Origin: a virus
Taxonomy: Duplodnaviria > Caudoviricetes
DNA length: 64,000 nt
Strand: one strand, 5' to 3'
IMG/VR virus record: IMGVR_UViG_3300015375_001377
Span: 1 to 64,000 of that record
Of the stretch, positions 1-9,394 are shown piece by piece. The notes beneath the pieces are model-generated. The model ran no database searches. It saw only the letters and a list, made by a program, of their open reading frames with translations, and was not told the DNA's origin. The translations under genes were made by a program, and so were the position numbers. Position 1 is the first letter of the stretch. Each line of letters begins with the position of its first letter.

Positions 1-1668
1 AAATCTACAATTGCAGATGCAATTTATTTTGCTATATTTGGGGAGACATTAAGAGAACTAAAAAAAGACTTTATAGTTAATAATATTAATAAAAAAACCT
101 GTGAGGTTATTTTAGATGCAGAAATAGTAAGCCCTACCAAAAAAGACACAGTACAGATTATTAGAACACTCGATCCATCCAAATGCTACCTTTACATTAA
201 TGGCGAGGATAAGACAAGAGACAGCATTTCTAATACCAATTCATTTATAATGAATATTTTTGACTGTACATCTGAAGTCTTTCAGAATTGTGTTATAATG
301 ACACTTAACAATACTGTACCATTTATGGCAAAAAAGAAACAAGATAAAAGAAAATTTATTGAAGAGATTTTTAATTTATCTGTTTTTGGTAATATGCTAA
401 CTGAAACAAAAGAAGATACAAATAATAACAAAAGAAACTTTGATTTGCTATCTGCTAAGCATGATGAAAATATAAAGCATTTAGAATCACAAAAAAAGCA
501 ACATATTCTTTTTGTAGAAGAGAGAAAGAAAAAACAAGAAAAATATCTTTCAAGACATGAAACTAATTCTAAAGAAATACAAGAAATTAATAAAAATTTA
601 AAAGATTTTGTATTGCCAGATACAGATAAAATAAAAAAAGAAATAGAAGATCAAGAATTAAATCTCAATAAAGTTGAAAATAAAATTAAAGATCTCAGAC
701 ATGTTATTTCTGAAAAAAGCACTTTAATATCTCAATGTAACAAGAGAATAGAATCTGTAGGTACAGATAAGGATGTATGCCCAACATGTCTAAGAACAAT
801 ACAAGATAATGACAGAAATCATATTAAGAATGAAAAACAAAAAATTAAAAAAGAAATATCTACATTTGAAGATGAGATATCTAAATTAAAGACAGAAGAA
901 AAACAATTTATTACTCTACAGAACTCTTTAGATTCAAAAATACAAAAGCTAAGAGAAAATGTATCTGATTATAAGCATAAGCTAAAGGAAAAAGAAAATC
1001 TTCAAGAAAGATTAGAGCAGTTAAACAAATGGCAATCCGAGCTTCAACAGGATTTAAAGGACTTGGAGAACAGTCAAGATAAAATAGATTCAAATGTAAC
1101 TAGTATTGAAGATAATATTAAAGATCTTTCTTCTAAGATAGAAAATATAAGAGCATTATTAAAGAGATTAGACATAGTAAAATTTATTTTATCAGAAGAA
1201 GGTATTAAATCATTTATAGTAAAAAAGATTTTACAACTTTTTAATAGTAAACTAGTATACTACTTAAAGAAGATGGATGCTAATTGTATTTGTAGTTTTA
1301 ATGAATATTTTGAAGAGAAGATAATTGATGATAAAGGTAAGGATTGTTCGTATTTTAATTTTAGTGGCGCTGAAAGAAAAAATATTGATTTAGCATGCTT
1401 GTTTGCATTTATGGATATAAGAAGACTCCAAGGCAATGTTTCATTTAATTTTAGTATATATGATGAGCTTTTTGACTCTAGCTTAGATGAAAAGGGGGTA
1501 GAGCTAGTAATTAATATTCTTAAAGAGAGAGTAGACAAATATAAAGAGTGCGCTATGGTAATTTCACATAGAAAAGAAAGTATTAAATCTGCAACAGGCG
1601 ATGTTATTTTCTTAGAAAAAAATAATGGAATTACACGTAAAGTAGATTATATAGAATATAGGACATGA
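1..1668 (+). CDS. gp46: Recombination endonuclease ATPase subunit (gp46/SbcC/Rad50-like), 5'-truncated by window edge
   Basis: Frame 1 is open from base 1 (KSTIADAIYFAIFG = end of Walker A), so the true start is upstream of the window. Long coiled coil with CPTC zinc hook, signature FSGAE, Walker B SIYDELFD, ISH switch. Confidence 0.93.
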   Translation, partial: KSTIADAIYFAIFGETLRELKKDFIVNNINKKTCEVILDAEIVSPTKKDTVQIIRTLDPSKCYLYINGEDKTRDSISNTNSFIMNIFDCTSEVFQNCVIMTLNNTVPFMAKKKQDKRKFIEEIFNLSVFGNMLTETKEDTNNNKRNFDLLSAKHDENIKHLESQKKQHILFVEERKKKQEKYLSRHETNSKEIQEINKNLKDFVLPDTDKIKKEIEDQELNLNKVENKIKDLRHVISEKSTLISQCNKRIESVGTDKDVCPTCLRTIQDNDRNHIKNEKQKIKKEISTFEDEISKLKTEEKQFITLQNSLDSKIQKLRENVSDYKHKLKEKENLQERLEQLNKWQSELQQDLKDLENSQDKIDSNVTSIEDNIKDLSSKIENIRALLKRLDIVKFILSEEGIKSFIVKKILQLFNSKLVYYLKKMDANCICSFNEYFEEKIIDDKGKDCSYFNFSGAERKNIDLACLFAFMDIRRLQGNVSFNFSIYDELFDSSLDEKGVELVINILKERVDKYKECAMVISHRKESIKSATGDVIFLEKNNGITRKVDYIEYRT

Positions 1669-2900
1669 TAGCTAGCTCTCCTTTTGCATCGCCTTTTTCC
1701 TCACCATTCGCACCTTCACCGTTTAGCGTTGCACATGGTGCGTTTGGTATGCCGCTTCAAGCTCAGGCGCCTAATATGCCGATGAGGCCCCCAGAGCTCG
1801 AATTACCTAGAGCCTTAAACTACTATGCAGATTATTCAGGTTGCGGTTTTTGGCGTATGATATGGCCTGAACATTTATTAAACGCTCATGGAAAAATGGT
1901 TGTTCATGGGAGTACAGTAATGATATTTGATCAAAATTTTTACAGAAATCTTAAAGCTGTAAGAATTCAAAGACAAGCAACAGATTCACAACTTCAATTT
2001 GTTAAACATATAAGAGCCCTTTCAAAGCAGTTTGGGTTTAGACTTATCTATGAAATTGACGATTTGGTCTTTCATGAAGACATTCCGGAATATAATAAGT
2101 TTAAACCAGCTTTTACAGATCCCAAGATAAGACAAAATTGTCAAGAAATTATGAATCTATGTGATGAGGTTACCGTTACATGTAATTTCATGAGGGATTA
2201 CTATAAAGAAAAAACAAAGCACCCTAACGTAACCGTTATTCCTAATTATCCTCCTAAATGGTGGATGGGTCATTTTTACAATGAAAAACGAATTTCAGAA
2301 AATTATGATGCGAATATAAAAAAGCCTAGAATTTTATATGCAGGTTCAGGCGCTCACTTTGATGTTGATAATAGAGTTGGACAAAATGATGACTTTGCCC
2401 ACGTAAATAGAGTAATAGCATCTACAGTGGACAAGTATCAATGGATTTTCCTAGGAGCTTTTCCTCTACCTTTAGGTAATTTATTGAGGGCTGGTAAAAT
2501 AGAATTTCATCCATGGAATAGTTTATACCACTATCCAGAGAAAATTTTTAATCTTAAACCTAATATGCTAGTTGCACCCTTACAAGATAATACATTTAAT
2601 AAATCTAAAAGTGATCTTAAATATATAGAAGCTTGTTGCTACGGTCTGCCTATTGCATGTCAAGATATAGTAACTTATGAAAACGCTCCTATTAGATTTA
2701 AAACAGCAGATGAAATGATAGACAGAATAGATGAGACTCTTTCTAAGAAGGGTAAATATATGAATATGTGCTCTAAGAATAGAAAATATGCAGAATCAAG
2801 ATGGCTAGAGAACGAGGAAAACATCGGTAAATATTACGAACTATATAATTTACCTACCGGCTCTTCAGATAGAAAATATTTAGCTACCGTAAATTCTTGA
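1665..2900 (+). CDS. Glycosyltransferase, GT-B fold (GT4-like), with Ser/Pro/Phe-rich N-terminal extension
   Basis: SGCGFWRMIWP, YEIDDLVF, and C-terminal NKSKSDLKYIEACCYGLPIAC resembling the GT4 nucleotide-sugar binding motif. ATGA overlap with gp46. Confidence 0.7.
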   Translation: MIASSPFASPFSSPFAPSPFSVAHGAFGMPLQAQAPNMPMRPPELELPRALNYYADYSGCGFWRMIWPEHLLNAHGKMVVHGSTVMIFDQNFYRNLKAVRIQRQATDSQLQFVKHIRALSKQFGFRLIYEIDDLVFHEDIPEYNKFKPAFTDPKIRQNCQEIMNLCDEVTVTCNFMRDYYKEKTKHPNVTVIPNYPPKWWMGHFYNEKRISENYDANIKKPRILYAGSGAHFDVDNRVGQNDDFAHVNRVIASTVDKYQWIFLGAFPLPLGNLLRAGKIEFHPWNSLYHYPEKIFNLKPNMLVAPLQDNTFNKSKSDLKYIEACCYGLPIACQDIVTYENAPIRFKTADEMIDRIDETLSKKGKYMNMCSKNRKYAESRWLENEENIGKYYELYNLPTGSSDRKYLATVNS

Positions 2901-2924
2901 TTTTTAGTTATTTTATTTTAGTAT
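2897..2924 (+). promoter_or_regulatory. Early sigma70-type promoter (gp43)
   Basis: TTGATT-N16-TAGTAT-N6-GTG(2931). Confidence 0.65.
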
Positions 2925-2930
2925 TATAAA

Positions 2931-5513
2931 GTGTTTAGAAACGTTGCATATATTCCCAAAGAACAACTAATTCGTCTTTTTACTTGGGATGAAGCTGGTA
3001 GACGCATTTATTACGACACTACATTTGAGCCTTATATATATTTAGAAACAAATAATGATAGCAACGAGTTAAGTATTTTTAATACAAAGTTAAAAAAGAA
3101 GAAATTTAAAAATCAAGGTGAACGTAGTAGATATTTAAAAGATCATAATGTAGAAAGAGTTTTTGAAAATTTTAATGTACAGCAACAGTTTTTAATTGAT
3201 TCTTTTTGGGACAAGTCAGAATCAGATGAGTTTACAAAGCACCCTATACGCGTATTATTTATTGATATAGAGACTTATAGCCCTGATGTGTTTCCTGTAC
3301 CTGAAAACCCTCAACACCCGGTAAACGTAATTACAACATACGATAGTTTAAGTAAGAAATTTATCACCTGGGGATTAAAGAAATATACGCCCAAGCTAGA
3401 TAATGTTACATATGTTTATTGTAAATCAGAAGAAGAATTATTTAAAAAGTTTTTAAGTTACATTCAATCAGATTACCCTGATATACTATCAGGTTGGAAT
3501 AGTGAGTTCTTTGATATCCCGTACATTATTAATCGTATTAATTTAATACTAGGAGAGGAATTTACTAAAAAGCTATCCCCGGTTGGGTCCATACGACCTG
3601 TAACGTTTATGGGTAAATACGGTAAGGAGCAAGTGCACTGGCACGTAGAAGGAATGTCGTGCGTTGATTATCTAGACATTTATAAAAGATTTTGTCCTAC
3701 TCTAAGAGAGTCTTACAAATTAGATGCAATAGGCGAAACTGAATTAGGGGAAAACAAAATAGATTATGGTGATACAAATCTTGCAACTTTAGCGGATACT
3801 AACTGGGATATGTTCGTAGATTATAATATTCAAGACGTTAATCTTTTAGTAAGACTTGAAGAAAAACTTCAATATCTAGAGTTATTAAGAATGATAGCTT
3901 ATGCAGGGCTAACTACCTTTGAGGGAGCCTTGGGATCACTTTCAGTTATAACAGGGCTGTGCGCTATCAAAGCAAGGCAAAGAGGACAAAGAATACCTAC
4001 ATTTAAGAAAGAGAAAGTAGACGAAAAACAAAACGCTGGTGCTTATGTTGGTGAGCCTCAGCAAGGGTTTCAAAATTATGTTGTTTCCTTTGATGCAAAT
4101 AGTCTATACCCCAACGTTATGATTACTTTAAATCTATCGCCAGAAACTAAGATAGGTAAAATAATAGACAAAGATGAAGAGAATGTTACAATTAGACATG
4201 TAAATGGTACAACCTACACTTTAAAGCATTCTAATTTTCTTAAATTTGTAGAAGCAGAGCAAATAGCTATATCAAAAGCTAAGATCTTATTTTCACAGAA
4301 ATCTAAAGGTATTATACCTGATACTGTTGATTTCTATTATGATAAAAGAGTAAAACTCAAAAAGCTATTAATTTCAGCAAAGAAAAAACTTTCACATTTA
4401 ACTAAGGATACTGAAGAATATCAAAAGCAAAAACACTTAGTCGATAACCTTAACATTCAACAACACACTATTAAAATTTTAATTAATACTATCTACGGTT
4501 ATTTTGGTAACAAGCATAGTCCCTTAGGTGACGATGAATTAGCAGAATCAATAACACTTACTGGTCAATCAGTTATTAAGGAATCTAACAGACTATTAAC
4601 AAATTACATTAAAAATTTTGCTAACCTTACTGATGAAGATATTAAGAATGACAATCCAATTATATACAATGATACCGATTCTAGCTATATTTCCCTTAAA
4701 CATATTGTAAAAAAGGGAGGTATCACCGCTATTCAAAACAATAAAGTAACGCCTGAATATTATAAGCTTGTAGAAAACATAGAAACCTATTTAAATGAAG
4801 AAATAAAAAAATGGGGCGCTAAAGTTCTTAATTCTAAAGATTGTAGACTTAATTTTAAAAGAGAAGTAATCTCAGATGTTGGCCTCTTCCTACAAAAGAA
4901 GAGATACGTAATTCATATTTTAGATGAAGAGGGCATACCTTGTAATAAATTTAAATACACAGGTGTAGAGGTTGTACGTACTACAATGCCTGCTCCTATT
5001 AAACCTTATGTTAAAAAAATAATAGAGATAATGCTTTTAACGCAAAGTATTACTGAGACAAATAAAATTTTTGCTGAAACATATGATATATTTAAAAACC
5101 TTTCTTTAGAAGAAATTTCGTTTGTTATGGGTGTACAGGGATATGAAAAGTATGCAGTGAAATGTGATAATTTTGAAACAGCAAAGCATATGCCCATCCA
5201 TGTTAAATCTGCATATTTTTATAATATTTTATTAGATAAATTTAATATTACTAGAAAATATGAGAAAATTTCATCCGGTGATAAAGTAAGATTTTTTTAT
5301 GTTAAACAACCCAACAAATACGGCATTAGTGTTATGGGATATAAATACAATTTCCCTAAAGAGTTTATGTCTATTTTTGAGCCAGATCACGAAAAAATGT
5401 TTGAAAAGATTATCTTTTCAGTTATTGAAAGATTCTATGAAGCTGTTAAATGGTCTCTCAAATCACCTGGGAGCCAAGTGCAGACCGATTTGTTTGAACT
5501 GCTATCAAATTAA
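2931..5513 (+). CDS. gp43: Family B DNA polymerase (T4 gp43-like)
   Basis: Exo motifs FIDIET, GWNSEFFDIPY, YNIQD; pol motifs SFDANSLYP, KILINTIYG, YNDTDS, KKRY. GTG start. Confidence 0.97.
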   Translation: MFRNVAYIPKEQLIRLFTWDEAGRRIYYDTTFEPYIYLETNNDSNELSIFNTKLKKKKFKNQGERSRYLKDHNVERVFENFNVQQQFLIDSFWDKSESDEFTKHPIRVLFIDIETYSPDVFPVPENPQHPVNVITTYDSLSKKFITWGLKKYTPKLDNVTYVYCKSEEELFKKFLSYIQSDYPDILSGWNSEFFDIPYIINRINLILGEEFTKKLSPVGSIRPVTFMGKYGKEQVHWHVEGMSCVDYLDIYKRFCPTLRESYKLDAIGETELGENKIDYGDTNLATLADTNWDMFVDYNIQDVNLLVRLEEKLQYLELLRMIAYAGLTTFEGALGSLSVITGLCAIKARQRGQRIPTFKKEKVDEKQNAGAYVGEPQQGFQNYVVSFDANSLYPNVMITLNLSPETKIGKIIDKDEENVTIRHVNGTTYTLKHSNFLKFVEAEQIAISKAKILFSQKSKGIIPDTVDFYYDKRVKLKKLLISAKKKLSHLTKDTEEYQKQKHLVDNLNIQQHTIKILINTIYGYFGNKHSPLGDDELAESITLTGQSVIKESNRLLTNYIKNFANLTDEDIKNDNPIIYNDTDSSYISLKHIVKKGGITAIQNNKVTPEYYKLVENIETYLNEEIKKWGAKVLNSKDCRLNFKREVISDVGLFLQKKRYVIHILDEEGIPCNKFKYTGVEVVRTTMPAPIKPYVKKIIEIMLLTQSITETNKIFAETYDIFKNLSLEEISFVMGVQGYEKYAVKCDNFETAKHMPIHVKSAYFYNILLDKFNITRKYEKISSGDKVRFFYVKQPNKYGISVMGYKYNFPKEFMSIFEPDHEKMFEKIIFSVIERFYEAVKWSLKSPGSQVQTDLFELLSN

Positions 5514-5516
5514 TAG

Positions 5517-5544
5517 TTGATTTTTTTAAAATAAATCATAATAT
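5517..5544 (+). promoter_or_regulatory. Early sigma70-type promoter
   Basis: TTGATT-N16-TAATAT-N6-ATG(5551). Confidence 0.65.
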
Positions 5545-5550
5545 ACGTAT

Positions 5551-5934
5551 ATGGCTAAAAATTCTAAACAAAAACTTGTTACCTTTGTAGATCATGTAGG
5601 GCGCACAATTATTGGTGAGCTTGAAGAAGATTCAGCTACCAATCTAAAGGTTCGTAATCCTGCTATTATTCATGTTCAACCTATGCAGTCCGGGCAATTA
5701 AATGTTCAGACTATTCCTCTTTATTTCAGAGAATTTATTTCTGAAAACAATAGAAAGGACGGAACGGTTTGGATTTATAATAAGTCTAACGTTGCTGTGG
5801 GTGAAAATGTTGAGAATGATGCAAGACTTGTAGAACAATATACTAGATTATTCTCAAATGAGCCTAATGCTGGTATACCAGGACAAGTATCTCCTCAGAA
5901 CGAAGCTAAAGTAATAAAGTTGTTTGACGAGTAA
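5551..5934 (+). CDS. Hypothetical protein, possibly Sm-like beta-barrel
   Basis: 127-aa ORF with its own promoter. The pattern TFVDHVGRTIIGE...KVRNPAII resembles small Sm-fold proteins of T4-like phages (judged by eye). Confidence 0.45.
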   Translation: MAKNSKQKLVTFVDHVGRTIIGELEEDSATNLKVRNPAIIHVQPMQSGQLNVQTIPLYFREFISENNRKDGTVWIYNKSNVAVGENVENDARLVEQYTRLFSNEPNAGIPGQVSPQNEAKVIKLFDE

Positions 5935-5942
5935 TTTTTTAC

Positions 5943-5970
5943 TTGTTTTTTATTTTTATTATTTTATAAT
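5943..5970 (+). promoter_or_regulatory. Early sigma70-type promoter (uvsX)
   Basis: TTGTTT-N16-TATAAT-N6-ATG(5977). Confidence 0.7.
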
Positions 5971-5976
5971 AGATCT

Positions 5977-7095
5977 ATGAGTAAAGATCTTAATAAAATA
6001 TTTGCTTCACTTGATAAACTTAACAGTGAAGCTTCGTTTCTTAACGAAAACGCTTTAAGTAAAGTTGATGAGTGGTTTGATACCGGTTGCTATGCACTAA
6101 ATGCTATTCTTGGTGGTAGTTGTCGTAGTGGCGGTGTTCCTAAGGGGAGAATAACTGGCTTTTCTGGTCCAAGTCAGACAGGTAAGACATTTATTGTTAA
6201 TAAGATCTTAGCCACTGCGCAGAAGAAAGGTCTTACTCCAGTCATATTTGATACTGAGATAGCTATTGATGAAAATAGCACTAAAGGTGTAGGGCTTGAT
6301 CCTGAAAACGTTAAATATGTGCCAGTAGATACTATTGATCAGTGTCGTAATCAAGTCAGCGCATTACTTGATAGTATTATAGAAAACGATGCTAGAGGTA
6401 AGTTTATTATCAGTATTGACAGTCTTGGTAACCTTGCTTCACAAAAAGAACTAGATGACGTGGCTAAAGATAAATCTGCTTCAGACATGGGTCTCCGTGC
6501 AAAGTCTCTTAAGAGTATGTTCCGCACTTTAACCTTTAAAGCAGCTAAAGCAGGCGTTACAATTTTGTTTACAAACCATACTTATGACGATCCTGCCTCT
6601 ATGTTCCCAAGTTTGGTAAAAAACCAGGCAGGCGGCTCAGGCCCTGTATATATGGCTAGTATACTGGTTCAATTAGCCAAGCGACATGAAAAAGAAGGTG
6701 AAGGCGATTCCATAGATACTGAAGACAAAAAGTTAGCTGAAGCTAACAAATACAGCGGTACAACACTTAGAGCATTAACTGTGAAAAATCGCTTTCTTCC
6801 TCCGTTCTTGGAGACAGAAATGTATCTTTCTTTTAAGACTGGGCTTAACAAGTATAGTGGGTTGCTTGGCATGGCAACAGCTAGAGGTATTGTTGAACAA
6901 AATGGAGCAACATATACTGTCGGTGTTACAAGTGGTAAATATAAAAAAGGTGACAAATTAGGATATGCAAAGACTTTTGCAAAAGATCCCGCTTTCTACG
7001 AGGAATTTATTATCCCTGAACTCGACAAGCGCTTAGCTGAAGAATATAAGTATAACGCAAATGAAGCGCAAGGCGAAGAAGAACCCATCGAGTAA
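5977..7095 (+). CDS. uvsX: RecA-like recombinase UvsX
   Basis: GVPKGRITGFSGPSQTGKT Walker A, FDTE, IDSLGNL Walker B, TNHTY, GGSGPVY, KNRF. Confidence 0.94.
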   Translation: MSKDLNKIFASLDKLNSEASFLNENALSKVDEWFDTGCYALNAILGGSCRSGGVPKGRITGFSGPSQTGKTFIVNKILATAQKKGLTPVIFDTEIAIDENSTKGVGLDPENVKYVPVDTIDQCRNQVSALLDSIIENDARGKFIISIDSLGNLASQKELDDVAKDKSASDMGLRAKSLKSMFRTLTFKAAKAGVTILFTNHTYDDPASMFPSLVKNQAGGSGPVYMASILVQLAKRHEKEGEGDSIDTEDKKLAEANKYSGTTLRALTVKNRFLPPFLETEMYLSFKTGLNKYSGLLGMATARGIVEQNGATYTVGVTSGKYKKGDKLGYAKTFAKDPAFYEEFIIPELDKRLAEEYKYNANEAQGEEEPIE

Positions 7096-7813
7096 AGCTG
7101 TAGTCCCCATTTCCGGGGGAATGGACAGCTCAGTACTACTACACTTAGCTGCTAGTAGGTATGATGAAATTATTGCAGTAAACTATGACTACGGTCAAAA
7201 GCATAGGGATAAAGAGCTATTATGTGCTACTCTACAGATTGAATCGCTTGACATGCCAGTTGCGTATCAATCAATTAAATTACCGTTTTTTAAGGATATC
7301 TGTCAGGTCTCTTCTCTTCTTAATAGTAAGATTGCAGTTGCTAAAGCTAAGGATGTAATGGGTGATCCTCAGACTGTAAATTATGTCCCTTATCGTAATC
7401 TAATGTTGTTAAGCATCTCTCTTGCAATAGCGGAGAATGTAGGAGCTAGCACTGTTTTTCATGGAGCTGCACAGGCTGATAGTGTTGCAGGGTTCTGGGA
7501 CGGTAGTGAAGAATTTTTAGAGCAAATTAACAAAGTATCAGCATTGAACAGGAGAAACAGAATTACCGTACAAGCACCATTAATTGACAAATCTAAGGAA
7601 GAAATTATTAAATTGGGTATAAAACTTGGTATAGACTTTAAAGCTACATGGACATGTTATGAAGGTCAAGAGCAAGCTTGCGGGGAATGTACAGCGTGTT
7701 CTTTGAGGTTAAAGGGCTTTCTAGATTCAGGTTACGTAGACCCAATACCATATAAAATCTCAATACCTTGGAAAGTATATAAGTGTAAAGAAATTAATAA
7801 TCTGAAAAACTAA
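7061..7813 (+). CDS. queC: 7-cyano-7-deazaguanine synthase QueC
   Basis: PP-loop ISGGMDS, YDYGQKH, VPYRN, Zn motif TWTCYEG-x4-CGECTAC. Confidence 0.92.
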   Translation: MKRKAKKNPSSKAVVPISGGMDSSVLLHLAASRYDEIIAVNYDYGQKHRDKELLCATLQIESLDMPVAYQSIKLPFFKDICQVSSLLNSKIAVAKAKDVMGDPQTVNYVPYRNLMLLSISLAIAENVGASTVFHGAAQADSVAGFWDGSEEFLEQINKVSALNRRNRITVQAPLIDKSKEEIIKLGIKLGIDFKATWTCYEGQEQACGECTACSLRLKGFLDSGYVDPIPYKISIPWKVYKCKEINNLKN

Positions 7814-8666
7814 AGTTACCTGGGTCACTACCTACAGCTTTTGGCTTCAACCCTTGCATCTTAAGATACTGAGATGCGTCATCAGGCTCTGTAGGTATGT
7901 CTTCATCAGGTATACCTTCACCATGTTCTATCTTTTGAAACACATTTCTCTTATTAGCATCTCTATGAAATTTAACATCTGATAGAAAAGTCTCTGCATC
8001 TGTATCAAATTTAGGATTTTCTCTTTTTAACTTTTTTATTGCTAAGTTTATATCCCCTACTAATTCAGGAGAAGTTAAAACATCTTCACCCTTTCTCACT
8101 TTATAAATAGGCTTCAACTCATCTAAAATTTCCTTATACTCTGGTGTGTTTACTGGATATTCTCCTTTAGCATAACTATCTAAAACATTATCAGCTTCAG
8201 GGCCCTCTACATCTACTTCTACACCAGTATTGTCTTTTCCTTCAGCGCCTCTCTCTATTGCATTGTCTACTTCAGCTCTTTGAGCTACTGTAGCACCTAC
8301 ATCATCTGTACTAATAACATCTAACAAATTATCTATAATTCTTGCTGTATATCCTGACTTGGTAGATGTCATTCCAAACTCAGAATTAAGCAAATTAGCT
8401 ATTTCAGCTCTAAACTTCTCTTTTGAACCGGGGTATAGTAAATTAAATTCCTCTCCATTAACATTGCTATGCTCTGGTTTAAATAATTTGGTTTCTATCG
8501 CTTGCTTTAAACTCTGCATTTGCTCATCTGTAAATCCTTTTAACCCATATCCCCCAGATTTATGAGTCCTCGGATCTTGTTTAAAACCTATAGTTTTTGC
8601 GTATTTTGCCATTTCTTCTAACTTCTTTTTATACGCTTCAAATATTAACTTTGAATCTTTATTCAT
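7794..8666 (-). CDS. Hypothetical late protein, candidate head-internal protein
   Basis: 290-aa acidic ORF with N-terminus MNKDSKLIFEAY; three TAAATA boxes upstream. Confidence 0.55.
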   Translation of the reverse strand: MNKDSKLIFEAYKKKLEEMAKYAKTIGFKQDPRTHKSGGYGLKGFTDEQMQSLKQAIETKLFKPEHSNVNGEEFNLLYPGSKEKFRAEIANLLNSEFGMTSTKSGYTARIIDNLLDVISTDDVGATVAQRAEVDNAIERGAEGKDNTGVEVDVEGPEADNVLDSYAKGEYPVNTPEYKEILDELKPIYKVRKGEDVLTSPELVGDINLAIKKLKRENPKFDTDAETFLSDVKFHRDANKRNVFQKIEHGEGIPDEDIPTEPDDASQYLKMQGLKPKAVGSDPGNFSFSDY

Positions 8667-8673
8667 CTTGAAT

Positions 8674-8699
8674 TATTTATTATTTATTATATATTTATA
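8674..8699 (-). promoter_or_regulatory. Late promoter cluster (TAAATA x3, including TATAAATA)
   Basis: Reverse strand reads TATAAATA..ATAAATA ATAAATA-N7-ATG(8666). Confidence 0.6.
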
Positions 8700-8704
8700 A
8701 GAGG

Positions 8705-9394
8705 ATGTGTGGTATATTTGGATCTTCGGATTACAAGAGATACGCAAAGCTTTATCAAAAGAATAAAGATCGCGGCGCGTTTGCATTTGGAGGTTTAATG
8801 ATAGACAACAAGATGCACGCACTTATAAAATCACCTGGTACTTTTAATTTTGGTAAAAATTTAGTCATTTCTGTACCTACAAATAAATCTAAGAAAAATT
8901 TAGATTCTTTTGATTACTATCTAGGCCACACTCAAGCCCCTACTTCATCAGTCAGAAAATATACACATCAAACAACCCATCCGTTTTATTATAAAAACTG
9001 GTTTGTCGCACACAATGGTGTACTGAGCAATGCAAGTATAATTAAAAAGCAACTTAAAGGATATAAAACTATAAATGATGTTGACACCTCTGTAATACCA
9101 GCCTTAATTTACAGCTATACTAAAACAAGCAAAAACGAGGTTAGCGCTATTTGCTCCTCACTATCCCAGCTTAAGGGTACTTTTGGATTATGGATTTATA
9201 ATAGTAAAAACCATAGCATTTATTTAGCGCGTGCAGGCAGTACACTTTACGCTAATTTCCTTACAAATGATTTTACTTCAACAAAGATACCTAAATTTGA
9301 AGAGCTAGAAGAAGGTGTTTTGTATTTGTTAACTAAAGAAGGGCTTACCTCTGTCGGCGAATTTAAAATTAATTCACCGTTTTTTACTAAATGA
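8705..9394 (+). CDS. Class II (Ntn) glutamine amidotransferase, stand-alone
   Basis: N-terminal nucleophile MCGIFG, GHTQAPT, HPF, AHNG, DTSVI. Confidence 0.85.
   Translation: MCGIFGSSDYKRYAKLYQKNKDRGAFAFGGLMIDNKMHALIKSPGTFNFGKNLVISVPTNKSKKNLDSFDYYLGHTQAPTSSVRKYTHQTTHPFYYKNWFVAHNGVLSNASIIKKQLKGYKTINDVDTSVIPALIYSYTKTSKNEVSAICSSLSQLKGTFGLWIYNSKNHSIYLARAGSTLYANFLTNDFTSTKIPKFEELEEGVLYLLTKEGLTSVGEFKINSPFFTK

Noticed and set aside
4660-4685. Polymerase motif C YNDTDS as evidence for modified-base specialisation
   Set aside because: The residue before DTDS varies among T4-like polymerases, and the catalytic aspartates are intact.
8698-8704. GAGG before ATG 8705 (and GAGGA before ATG 20155) as Shine-Dalgarno sites
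   Set aside because: They lie 0-1 nt from the start codon, too close for canonical SD spacing, and are isolated cases.
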